DNA of 64,000 nucleotides from the NCBI GenBank assembly GCA_011109175.1, contig RDEW01000036.1, positions 473,737 to 537,736 of the forward strand, written 5' to 3'. This document shows positions 1 through 11,619 of this stretch, piece after piece. Made by a program: the position numbers and the translations under genes. Below the pieces are notes generated by a model. That model did no database searches and had not been told where the DNA came from. It was given only the letters and a program-made list of their open reading frames with translations. The stretch is from Dicyema japonicum. Taxonomy: Eukaryota; Animalia; Dicyemida. Position 1 is the stretch's first letter. Each line of letters starts with the position of its first letter.

Positions 1-300
1 CTAGTATATGACAGATAGCAAAAGTGAGAGGGAGTCCCCTTGAGGAGTACCCACATTATATAGGAATTCTCTTGACGTAGTTTTTTTCAATTCGATTTCT
101 TAACTTTGTTTGGATATGAGAACTCTATCATTTTCAAAGATTCAGAGTCCAGAAATTCTTCCACTGTCTTCAGTAGTGGATCTCGACGCACCGTGTCAAA
201 GGCCCTCGATAAGTCTAAACCAAGGATAGTCTATGCGAGGTATCATTGATTTACAGCGCAACGTTACTTGTGGCTCCATAATAAATCCGCCGTTGATCTC
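1..300 (-). mobile_element. RTE-clade non-LTR retrotransposon RT fragment
   Basis: Minus strand reads ILGLDLSRAFDTVRR and VGTPQGDSLS, matching the near-intact RTE at 29.4-32.4 kb. Confidence 0.75.
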
Positions 301-549
301 CCTGTTCTGAATCCACTATGACTTGGTGAACAAGTGCTGAATCCACTATTAGGTTTTCCATTGGCTTGTTTCGTTTCTGGATTTGGATTAGGAGTTCAGA
401 TCCAAGCAATAAGTATTCAATTCTGGCAAACATCGTTTTTCTAAGCGGCAAATAATGTAGTCAATTTAATTGAAGTTATTGATTATTTTCCCCGTGGAAC
501 AAATTCTTCTTCCAGTCCCGTAGTTTTATGACAAGTGAAATACTTACAA

Positions 550-1184
550 CAAGTGTTGGTTAAAGAAGACTAAATGATTGGCAAAAGTGGGTCAGTGTCG
601 ATCCAGGGAATTTTCTGATTCCTTTTCCATGCCGACCGATAGGTCAATTCACTCATTCAGTTGACCTTGGATTACGGAAATATCCCCGATATGATCGGCC
701 TCAGGAAAAAGCTGAATTGCAAGTCTTTTAAGTACATCCCTCCCAGTTTAACCCAAAGAGGGTTAGGAAGTCGGGACAGTTTAATATCACCCCAATAAAT
801 TTTATAGATAATAACCGTCGACACTGAGTTAAGTATGGACCACCAGCTAACGAATCCAATGTGATTATTTCCTTTTTGGATTGGACGTGCGACGAAACGG
901 GGGATGCAAAGGTTTATTGCTGAATTAAATCAGAGTTGGTTTTACTTGAAGGAAAACAAACTCAGACGAAATGATTTATGTCTTACATATTTTGGGGGTT
1001 TCTTTGTGGAGGAACGCAAGGATTGTAATAACTACCAAATATTCATCCACGTTGTCTTTCATTCCAGAAATCAGACTTTCTCGTGCAACCAAAAAGTCAA
1101 GGATGCGTGGCTGTGAATGCCGAAACCAGAAGCTTAGAGATGATGGAATGCGGGGACCCGAACAATAAGTGGTCTTTTACTTAA
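550..1184 (+). pseudogene. Polypeptide N-acetylgalactosaminyltransferase (GALNT)-like 3' fragment with ricin-B lectin domain, micro-introns, degraded
   Basis: LDYGNIPDMIGLRKKLNCKSF (664-729) matches the GALNT DYGD..RxxLRxxLxCKSF motif. Ricin-type segments follow: SWFYLKENKLRRNDLCL and GCVAVNAETRSLEMMECGDPNNKWSFT*. The segments are separated by short GT..AG stretches. There is an in-frame TGA in the upstream (R)LAKV motif, and no 5' part is visible. Confidence 0.55.
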
Positions 1185-2565
1185 TTTATTATCTCCCTTT
1201 GAATAAATAAATTTTTATTAATACAGATTTGGTGAGGTTAAACGTGAGGGGTAGATGAAATATCATAGATCCTTGATGCGTCTGGACTTCTCTCTGGGAT
1301 CTCTCGTAGACCAGTCATTATTAAATAGATTTGGTGTATGAAGGCAGGTCATAGCCCTTCAGACGGAAGACCGCTATTTTCTTCACAGTCACTCCCAGTG
1401 GTATTAATAGATTCTGGTTTTCATTCAACTTCGAGTCAGATCTATAATGAGAGCAAACTTTATAGTGGATCCCATGCTCTTTTCAACAAGATAATTTTTC
1501 ATGGCACAGCATCGCTTAAAGGCTTTTTTCCTCCTAGCCTCAATATCTTATCTACCTTTGTCTCGGATATAATTAACATTTAGTTCTCCAAGTCGATAAT
1601 TCCTCCCATGATCAACAGTATGTCTGGAATATTCTTACCCCAAACGGATAGAGATACCGATGCAGACCCCTCATCATAAAGATGCGTGCAATGTTCCCAA
1701 CTGGGCAAACGTCAATTCATTCTCCGCCTCCTTCAAATCTCCAAGAGATCAGACAGTGTCGATTCAAATTTATCTTCACATATGATTTATAGTCGTCTTT
1801 CTGTTTCATCTTGGTTTTGGATGATTGAATCCCATCTGTTAGCCAAATAAAGCATACTCCGTTTTATTGGTCGTCGATCCTGTGGGGATATCGATTGATT
1901 GGTTAATCCCACTGACACTGGAAAAGCCAAAGTCCCTCCCACAATCAAATAGATTCGATTTCTGTATCTTCTACAAAACTCACCACTTTCTGGAAGGGAT
2001 TTTCGTCGACCTGGATACCCTTTTCCGTTAAAGAATTTATCGAATACGTGATCTTCACTAATCTGTTTTATAAAACGTTTTTCTCAATTCGTTGTGTGAC
2101 GATTCGTCAGCTGACTTTATTTTATGGAAACAACATCCTAGCAACTCTGAAATCTAGGTACCTTGACACTTTGCCGCACAAGCTTATTTGTAACTTTCCC
2201 GGCCAAAGATTGTTAATTTTGTGAATTAAAGTTAATTTGGAACTCGTTTATGGGTTCACGATTTATTACTTATTTTCAAGCTCTGTTATCACTGAAATAA
2301 ATCAGAATTTAAAGAAAAAGTTATTTGGAAACGATTTGATTGATATTTTTGAAGGATACTATATTCAGTTTCGCGAACTGTTTCACAAACAAACACGTGG
2401 ATATACATTCATTGTTATGAGGATAACCAACCAATCAAAATAATGTTAACTATTTATGTTTGATATCTCTTAACCTAACGAAATGTTCGAATTAAATTTA
2501 TTTATATTTAATTTTAAAATCAAATTTCAAAGTTTAAATAAAATAAATAAATTTTCTCATATCGA

Positions 2566-2850
2566 GCTATGCTAATTGGTTGAAGTTTCTGTTTGTTCGT
2601 ATGTTCCTCATCTCTCTTATTAGAGTGGCGTCATGTGATCCACCTGTCTGGGTGGCGCCCAGTACTAGGCCGGCACGAAAAAGGATCATCTCCTCTCCCC
2701 TACTCCACTGGAGGGGTTTTTACAACTGCAACTATGGACGTCTTTTACTCTTTATGTTGATTCCGGATGGACTCCGTAGAAGTGGAAACTGGATACACTC
2801 AATTAGTTGTTTACTTTAACTTCTTTCTCGGTGTATCCGGGGTTAATAAT
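2566..2850 (+). mobile_element. ~290-bp SINE-like non-autonomous retroelement, copy A (5'-truncated)
   Basis: Clearly homologous to the copies at 26.8, 41.6, 42.1 and 50.1 kb. Ends GTATCCGGGGTTAATAATAAATAA with a (TAA/TAAA)n tail. Confidence 0.8.
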
Positions 2851-3165
2851 AAATAAATAATAAAAAAACGAATTGGCCGTCAAAGGGAACATAATCTTTT
2901 TGAAAGAAAAAGAATATGCCTGCGTGTATTTCAATGACGGAGATATAGTAGCGGTTGAGATGGGATACTAACGGAGAGTCCAAGCCACCAAGACAAGACT
3001 CCTTGTATTCAATTCCCTCATGAACTGCCCTAACTTATCTTTCCTTGCAACTACTACGTTACATTGAAAACTAAGGAATAAATGTTGGGACTTGTAATAT
3101 AATAGAGAAATGTTAGAGACGAGGGAAATCAATGTATTAGAGAATTAGTAATTACCGACTCTATT

Positions 3166-3711
3166 TTAACAACTACGGTGGTTTGATTCTATTTAATGCC
3201 AAATTGTACCTCCAAGAAGAATATCATTAATTTCACAGAGAAAGGGTCGTTTTCTGTCTCAACTTATATCATTCCAGCGTCCACAATGATTAGTAATGAC
3301 GGTACAGTCCTCATTCCCATAATTGTTTGGCTCTCGTTTTATCCAATTGGAGTATTTCTATGTTATCTATCGATTTACTAGATCGTCTCCCAAAGAATCA
3401 ACGAATTTCCCTTCCTCAGCGATATCGTTAACCCCAATGTAAAATGATTTCCTGTACTTCTTCAGAAATGTCTCTACACAATAAAAATCACTCAGCTCAC
3501 CAAAAATGTACTTTTGAGTCTCCTTGCTGTCGACGTTGGCCAAATCTCCCCCCATATTTCTACAAATTTTTTAGCGTTTTTATAGCTTTGGCACTGTTTT
3601 ATGAAAGCGTAACACTTTTCGTTAAAACAGTCTAAATTCATCTCAAACACAACATTTTTCTGAAAGAATAGTCGAGACTGATAAAACTGAGAGAACGACA
3701 AGACTGAACAT
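3166..3711 (-). CDS. Secreted C-type lectin (EPN/WND, mannose-type), possibly a pseudogene
   Basis: Signal peptide MFSLVVLSVLSVSTILS. Introns 3632-3653 (22 nt), 3474-3500 (27), 3358-3378 (21) and possibly 3189-3209 (21). Motifs KCYAF, GGDLANVDS, FYIGVND..EGKF, NW..REPNN..EDC, WNDIS*..PFLCE. A 1-nt frameshift lies in the A/T run at ~3565-3572, and TGA (3259-3261) replaces the invariant Cys. Confidence 0.8.
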
Positions 3712-4229
3712 TAATCTTCTCGTCTGTACCACAAATATATATAAATAATACAACACATGTCGTTTTTGATAACAACAGTCTGGATTCACATTATAAATAA
3801 TTGAAAATTAAAAAAAGACAGTCTACATATTGCTTATAAGGTAAATCTAGTTTACACGGTATGAATGCTTTCTTTCTAGGGACCAGGTCTATCAACATCT
3901 CCCATGTAGCAACCCTTCGTGTAGGGTAGAGATGAGAGATTTTTTGGAAGATGGAGGTCTCCTGAGAGAAGTGAATGACGTGATGACTCTAAAGGAGTCA
4001 ATAAGCAGAACTGAATCCTGTAGGAAGTGTTGTAAGAATCAAACCATGAAACTCAGTGACTATTACAGTTCATATCTATTACTACCATTTGGAACTACCG
4101 CGTCAATTATGTCTGGGAAAATCAATAATTAAAACTTAGTGCTTTTGTAAAAATAAAAATAACTAAATTATCCGATAAAAACAAAACCGATCATGAATAC
4201 CCTATTTCCTTTTTCTCGATGTGCAAATA

Positions 4230-4380
4230 CAGCAGGCCATATTCGACGCTAAAATTCCTGGGTCGTCTAGGAAATCGGATTTCTACACTAACAAGACATT
4301 TACGTGAACGCTCTGGCTTTTGAGCGAGTCTCACTAGCCATCCAGAGAGGGAATAGTCATTCAGCCGGGCGGTTACTGTA
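4230..4380 (+). mobile_element. CRE-like non-LTR retrotransposon C-terminal fragment
   Basis: AFERVSLAIQRGN resembles the CRE-clade terminal motif QRxSxAIQRGN. Confidence 0.5.
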
Positions 4381-4479
4381 TGATCCTCAGTTGATTGTTT
4401 CTTTCACATACGTGGATATCATGATTCTACGAAATGGAATAATAATACTCTATGTTATTTACGAACACAAGCGCCAATT

Positions 4480-5220
4480 TATAAGCCTTCCTTCTTGTGA
4501 GTCAGGGAGAAATGACGGACTAGGGAGAAACGAAATCTGATGTTATGAAATTAAGAAAACCTTAAGAATGAAGTATACAAGTTCTAATTCTGTCAGACCC
4601 GAAATTGAAAGGACTTGGAAGATCATCTGTCTCAAACTGTATAGAATGAACAAGGAATACTAATATACTGGTGCACATTTCATTTTTGGACCAGTCGTCT
4701 TCGAAACATGAGAGTCATTGGAAGGAGATCACTAACCTTACTGAAACACATTGGATCGCTGTCGTAAGGAGGAAAAAATAAGAGATAAAGGAACAGGCTT
4801 ATAAATCTATTTCTTTACGAATCGTAACGAAATGCGATTTCAATTCTGAGAGCGGCGAACCTTGACTGAAAAAAATATCCGTAAAGAGATATTATGTACC
4901 CTAACATATTCTGATATATTGACGATTATATTATTAAGAACGTTTGAGAAATAATAATTTAACTTTTAATTCCCGTTGCTCACTTTGGGATACCCGGAGG
5001 ATATCAGCAGAAGGAAGTTACTGGGCACTATCTTTAAGAAAATTTGGAATATTTGTACGAAGAAGGCACATCTCACTCGGACTAGGACTAAATTTTATAA
5101 AACGTTTATCCGATCCATTCTGTTATACGTGAACCTGAAGGAAAGTAAACAGGAGCTTGAAAACATACAGGTTTCATCGGCGTCACCTCTCAAAATACAA
5201 TGTCCGAGGAAAATATAAAT
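4480..5220 (+). mobile_element. Degenerate RTE fragment
   Basis: LGYPEDISRRKLL..KFYKTFIRSILLY matches LGDSEDIARRKLL..LYEAFVRPILTY of the 30.5-32.4 kb ORF. Confidence 0.6.
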
Positions 5221-5286
5221 GAAAAATTATGTAAAATAGGAAATACTTAACTAACAAGCCATCAATAGTTGACGTCAAAAGAACAG

Positions 5287-5358
5287 TCCGCGTTGGTCTA
5301 GTGGTTAAGATTTCGGATTTTCATTTCGGATACCCGGGTTCTATTCCCGGACCCTAAA
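5287..5358 (+). tRNA. tRNA-Glu(TTC)-derived pseudogene
   Basis: A-box/D-arm TGGTCTAGTGGTTAAGATT, anticodon arm TCGGA-TTTTCAT-TTCGG and T-arm CCGGGTTCTATTCCCGG are present. The 3' acceptor strand does not pair with 5' TCCGCGT. Confidence 0.65.
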
Positions 5359-5559
5359 TTTTTTGAAATTTATAATTCCATTATATTAACTCTAGAGCAG
5401 CCACACTTAATTAAAGATATGTTAAGTTATTTAATAATTTTGATTTATAGAACCACGACACTTTTATAAAGGAAAAAGCTATTACAATTGATTCTATGTT
5501 GAAAGTACGAACACATAAATTGGAAGTAGTTATTTTAATTTTTTATATAATAAAATATA

Positions 5560-6285
5560 TAAAGCTAAAGGAGAGACTCTTTTTTACAGCGAGTCGGACT
5601 ACTTGCCAATTTTAATTATGGCCTCTCCTCTTGTGTTCACCTTTAACCTACTCCTATTTAAATCCAATAATAATTGATCGATTGATTGCTTTGTTAGTTT
5701 GACGTTGTAATAATCTCAAAAGGCCGCTGTCTTGTTGTATGAAGTTTTGATATACTATAATCCCGTACAATATCTTTTATGAAGTCAATATAACTTCCAA
5801 TATCCCTTGAATGAACTCGTGGAAAAAACCCATCTTTTAATTAATTGGTTAAATCTATTGAGATAAAAAACAAAAACCGCTCTACTTGTCCTTGTATCCA
5901 AGGAGCTCGTGGACGTCCTGTGACATGCGAAATGGAAAATTTATCGCGTAACTCTTGCAAGTGCTGATTCTAAGTTCTATACCATTTTTTATAATGTAGG
6001 GTCTTTGAAAATGAATTGTTCGGCACATCATTTGATTTTTGCCCGTTCTCTCCAGTCTCATATCTATCTTACCAGTAGCACAGTAAATCTAATTTTTTCC
6101 AAGGTATCACGTGTTAGGTTCACTAGATAAATGTTTTATAATTAATATTTTAAATAAAATATGTACTATATGTAATTTTAATATTATTAATAATTTTTTT
6201 CAATTAAAGTTTTACTAAGAAATTTTTTTTTGTATTTTGTGATGAATCTCGCATTTACGGCGTCTCGCGTGTATGGACTGTAACA
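5560..6285 (-). mobile_element. Ginger2/GIN-like integrase DNA transposon remnant with a 23-nt intron
   Basis: The integrase core HVTGRPRAPWIQGQVER|FNQLIKRW is restored by removing GT..AG 5855-5877. A candidate terminus TGTTACAGTCC reads inward from 6285. Confidence 0.7.
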
Positions 6286-6339
6286 AATAATTTATTAATA
6301 AAAACGAAGTAAAAATAGATTTGGCGTTTTTTGTGTAAA

Positions 6340-7670
6340 TCACATGCTAGCATGAGTTGGTGACTTTGCGAGAACTTTACCGCTTTATTACCTTGATGAA
6401 CAAATCATTAAGAATTCGCAGAAATTTGTTAAAATGGTGGTTTTTACTGTTTCCGACAAGTCAGAGGTGATTATTCTGGTAGTTCCTAGCACAACGTTTA
6501 TTATTTTGTCCCCGTGAAGGGTGATTCAAATTGTTTTGAAGTTAGCCGACTCTTTTACTTGAATGAGATTGAATGTACGTTGTTACGCTTGAATTGCATT
6601 GAATTAAAATTTCGTGCTAAAGGTGAGACTTGAGTCACCCACGTAGCATTTTTTACCAACTATGGGAGATCTATCAGACTAGGAGGAAGGGATCAAGAGG
6701 TTGACCTTGAACATTGAAGATCCTCTCACAGAAAATTACACCAGGTGCTTCTCACAGAGTTAGCTATTCAATTTGAGATAATAGTGATAGAGACGATTTC
6801 TAGTGAGAGATTCAAACCACGTGCTAGGTTTTTTGGGACATCATTGCACGTGTGTTGGAATCAGAAGATCGTCTCACTTTAAATAATATCAAACACATAT
6901 TTAGATATGACCACGCGGGTTTGTTAATTTTATCTACGATGTGGGCACCACCCCTATCTACCTCTATTCCTTTTTATTAACCAAAAACCACCGTCATAAC
7001 CAGAATGAAAAAATTCAGGTGATCTCGGTATCCCTAGCAGTCTTCGCATTTTTTCCTGGTGTTCAGACTGTGTTCTTGTACATTTTCGATAAGGACGAGG
7101 TTCACATGTGTGAATCTTCTACCAGAAATTGCCACTGTTAACCCTATTTTGAAAGCTTCTGACCAAGTGTTATCCAACCGAGTGTTCGCAGGACACAGCA
7201 TCGTTTGTATGGTATTCGTATATATCGACGAGTCCGAGGTGTGCTCGATATTTTTCATTCCTAGTCGGGTAGAATTCCATATGCAGACTGTCTCTCGTCG
7301 AGGCTTGTTTCATTATTTCCGATGAAGGTATTGATCCGTAAGCCGGAGTCGATTCGACCTTTTCAATTGTCTCTCAAAATGATCTTCTTACATTTATTTC
7401 TGTTCTAGCGGTCGACCTTCTAAGTACTTCGTATCACTTGTTGATGATTCAGTTGGGAGGTAAAGGATCAGCCTTTATTTGAGTTCGGAGAAGATAAGAA
7501 CGGGTAGAGTCGCTTGGTCCAATTGAACGTTTGTAGGACGTTTGATTACGGAACTGTTGCGCTCTCGAAAAATGAGGTCCACGTGGTTATGTTTTGAGCA
7601 GATATGGGGTTCCTCAGATGGAAGAAAGATATGGGATGCAGAATACGGTGACACGGCTGATTCTGAAGCT
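6340..7670 (+). other. Possible unidentified multi-exon host gene or pseudogene
   Basis: Short protein-like frames (e.g. WDIIARVLESEDRLTLNNIKHIFRYDH; RLFYLNEIECTLLRLNCIELKFRAK) are punctuated by 19-26-nt GT..AG segments. No family recognised and no clean model obtained. Confidence 0.3.
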
Positions 7671-8329
7671 GAAAAAAAATTTTCCGTGGTTAATTAGATA
7701 AAAGTTCGAGGTGGTGGCGTAACTTTGCAAGAAATGTCTACTTAGCTGCGTGGGGGATAAAAGGGCTTATCTTCCTCTTTCTCATGATCACTGTCGAGAC
7801 GTCGGAAATCCGAAGTTTCCAACTAAGTGTCTGATGTGAGTAGGACCTGGTTCTAATCTCGTCCAACCAAACCGGGAGTAAATAAATAAACAGTAATTTC
7901 ATTCCCTCGCAAAACGAGAAATCTGATATAAGCTTGCACGTGATTGATTAAACATACAACATACAACGCTACGAATAGACGCAATATTTTTAACCCGTCG
8001 ACTGCAATTCCACTCTTGAATGATATTTTGGCACTGGAAATGTCTCCACTGAATTTTGCATAGTTCTTCGAATCGGACTTCATCCTAGTTGGACAGGGGA
8101 ATAAGAAGAACAGAAAACCCAAACCCACAATGTTACCTACTTACTCTTTGCCTTCTTCAATTCCTAAGAGGAGCCATGCGGTTTACCTTTCCAAGGAGAT
8201 TCCCAGTAGCTGGCTTGCATTCTAAAAATCTATCTCTTCTTTAGGGTTTTAGAAAGGACGAGATCAGACGTGCATTCTCTACTTCCATTGTTCAGAACTT
8301 TGGTTTTCCAATGCCTCCTGCCCCGAAAC

Positions 8330-9600
8330 CTTTTCCGTGCTCACGGAGAGAATGAAGACAGGATGACCAACCCACGTGGCAAAATACCACCAAATATCGT
8401 AAGTCAGCTTACATCATAGACTAACCCACGACCACCCCTCACTTGGGCTCAAACGTCCTCCCCCTAAAATGAACAACTAATGCTTACAAGGCTGTCTTCT
8501 CCACAGGTTTTTCATATTTGCACCGTCTTATCCTCTTCATCAACCAACACTCTGGTCCCTAAGTCTCGATATGAAGAACATCTAAGAATCACCCACATCT
8601 CCCACATAGAAGTTGGTGACCCAATATCTGCAAGCATGCGACTTTTTGGTGGGAGCTGTCTAAAAAAATAATCGAATATAAAAAGAACTATCTAATAAAC
8701 CTGGAGTCTTTGTCTGTTAAAATACGAATAATCTAAACTGCCATGACTATAGGATGTTCATTGCAAAAGAGTTAATGTTAGGCCACAGTGAGCCTAAGAT
8801 TCCTCTGGAAATTGATAAAACAAGTAAACGATTAACGGATCTGATATTATACTGTCTGGATAATGTTGCCAGAAAAATATACTAAAGAAACTATGTTGTC
8901 CATTTTCCCTGGCACATCAAGAAGATTGTGTTGATAAGAAGTAATCTAAAGAATAAACTGAGGAGATGCATAGATCTACAGGACCGCCTAGACTTTTCTC
9001 CCAAAATCAGTGACCTCCTTGTTATGAACCAGTGTTGAGAAAACAGCATTTATAGAGATCTATCTAGAAGATTTGAAGATGGCAAAAGAGCTGTCAAGAA
9101 TAAACTCCTGGCAGTGATTTCATCAAAGTCAGGATGTTCAAAAAAGGCCCCCAAAAAGTTCTCAAGGACATGTTCAATGCAAGTATTAAGATTGGTCAAG
9201 TTCCACGCGAGCGGAAGAAGACGATTCTACGGATGGTAGCGAAGACAGGAAGGCCAAAGAAGGATCCAGCTAGCTACCGTCCGATCAGCCTTATTCGATC
9301 AATATCATATGCAGGCCAGAGAATCCAAATGTTTAATGAATGGGAATCTCACAAGGACCTCTATTATTTAATGTTCTAATGGCCGGTTTCCCGTCTCCGA
9401 GGTCACCAAGTACGAGATCTCTGATATACGAAGACGACGTGCTACAATCTGATGTGTCGAGATCGAATATGATCTCGGAGAGGAGACTCAATGTGTATAT
9501 GGAAAAGATAAAAGACTGGTGCGGACTCCTAGGATTAAAACTGTTTAATGCAATGGGTATTTTCGGTCGACTCCAGATATGGCAGGAGTTGTGGTGAGAA
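8330..9600 (+). mobile_element. Degenerate Jockey/I-group LINE (APE-RT)
   Basis: KDPASYRPISL, PLLFNVLM and LIYEDD motifs. Same family as the 52.3-53.4 kb fragment. Confidence 0.7.
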
Positions 9601-9609
9601 GCCAATACC

Positions 9610-9800
9610 CTCTACTTTTCGTTAAGGAAACCATTTATCATATGGCTATTCAAAGTCCAAAGGATCCACATAAACCCTTGTGTTTGCAATGTGGTGGGGA
9701 TATTTCTAATGAAGCGATGAAGCCATCTCGCTTATTAGAAGACGCATAACGCAAGCAACCTCAATCACTAGGAAGAGATATTGAATCTTTTATAATTCTA
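9610..9800 (+). mobile_element. hAT (Buster/Charlie) N-terminal BED-finger fragment
   Basis: PLCLQCGGDISNEAMKPSRL motif. Confidence 0.6.
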
Positions 9801-10199
9801 AACCAAAACTATAACAAAAGAATAAAAAATAACTTATTAATAAATGCGATCGTCTTCCCCGTGAATATTGTATTGAACAAGGGAAGATTATGTTATTTTG
9901 CTTCTACAGAAATTAGATGGTTATTAAAAGGAAAAAGATTGGATAGATTTGTTATAATATTTGATTCCATTGTTACTTTTTTGAAATCACATATGAGTTT
10001 TGGTAAGCCACCCTTCTGAAGATCGCAGAAAGGTAGGGAAAGTCGAACGGCTCTCTTCCATTCAGAACTTGCACTGAGCGCAACCACAACTATGATTTGT
10101 GCCAATAACACGAAAATATATTTTATACTTTATTATTATTACAGCACTTATCGCCTTGCCATAATAGTTATAGCAAAGCATGTGCAATANTTTGTGTAA

Positions 10200-10590
10200 C
10201 GTTAGGATTTATTGTTGACAACTGTATCTTCATATCAGGGAAGTTTTGGTAGATGTATACATTGAAAACCCGACTCACATAAGTAAGTCGCTGGGAAAGG
10301 TAATAGTTTACGTATAGCTTTTCCTAAGATATCATGATATTTTAAAATGTATGCTCTCCAAATATTAAAAAGGGATTTATTTTATATATCTGATTTGACG
10401 TCAAATCAATATGATGTTCACATTCAATTGATGTTAGATTTGCTTGTATTAGTTTAACTTTGAACGGATCTTGAACCCAATTGTCATCAAATTTATCAGG
10501 AAAATATTTCGCAATGTTATCATCCAAAATTACTAAATTATATTTGATGTCCTGAAGTAATGTATCATCCAATGCGTAGTTTGATTCATC
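10200..10590 (-). mobile_element. hAT (Buster/Charlie) transposase C-terminal fragment
   Basis: KYFP..WVQDPF and KAIRKLLPFPATYLCESGFS dimerisation-domain motifs. Confidence 0.75.
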
Positions 10591-11619
10591 ATTACTCCCC
10601 TTTTTTTATTACTCCCCTTTAATTTAATAATAATGTTTCCCTTAATAAAATGTTTAATTTTCAATGCACTCATCCGTGGATGAACTTAAAAAATCCCTGA
10701 CGTGTGTGTCTTTCATTGAAAAGCTGGTAATTTGGAAAATTAGACCTCACTTGCTTTCTTGCCACTTCCAACATGGATTCAGATCGGGGAGATCTACAAC
10801 AACACATTTAACCTTTTTGACACAATTTATTTAGGAAGCTTAAACAAACCCGGGCAGCATACGGAAATATTAATCTCGTTGGACATTTAAACGGTCTTTG
10901 ACTCAGTCCCGAGAAACTTACTAACGAAAAAGTCCTTTTATTTTATTTTAGTAAACCAATAGCCAATTTCCTCACCGGACAAAAGGGCCGTTAAATCGTA
11001 CAAGATCAAGATTAAAATGATTGCCATTTTCTTCTAAACTTTTCACCTTATTCTTACACGATTTAACATGCCCTGAAGGAGGTAATGCAACGTTCATAAC
11101 CCACGGGCTGATTTAATTATTGCAAATCGAAACAAATCCGTGGATATTTACTTCTATTGAAAAGTGGATGTATCATTTTCCAACTGATTTGGAAAGAAAA
11201 CTGGATATTTCGATAAAAATGGAATCTACCAGGTTTTGAACAAGTTAATATGAAGACTATCAGAGAAAGTCAGGAGTAAGTCCTGATTGATTCTATTGCG
11301 AAAAAGTCGCTTTACTCTATGCTTTTAAGCATTTACGAAGATGGAAACGTTGATCATGCCGTGGAAATAACAACCCGAGATCAGATAGGATGTATTGTTT
11401 ATCAAGAATCCTATTGGGCATGAAGATAGAGAGAGACGTAGATATTTGCAATGTTGCAAATCCGCTTTTAATGTTCCATCGTTTATTAGTGATTGTAGTT
11501 TTGAGGAGAATACAAAATCTATGTTATCCTCTCTATCACATTCTCCTTCTCTTATGGCCCAACCCGACCAACAACACAGACTCGTCCTGAATAACATATA
11601 AAGTCTTCGTTGTCCCAAT

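Noticed and set aside
1250-2150. Possible LTR-retrotransposon integrase remnant (also Copia gag-like at 55.8-56.0 kb and piggyBac-like at 59.35-59.63 kb)
   Set aside because: Only faint single motifs are visible, too degraded to call.
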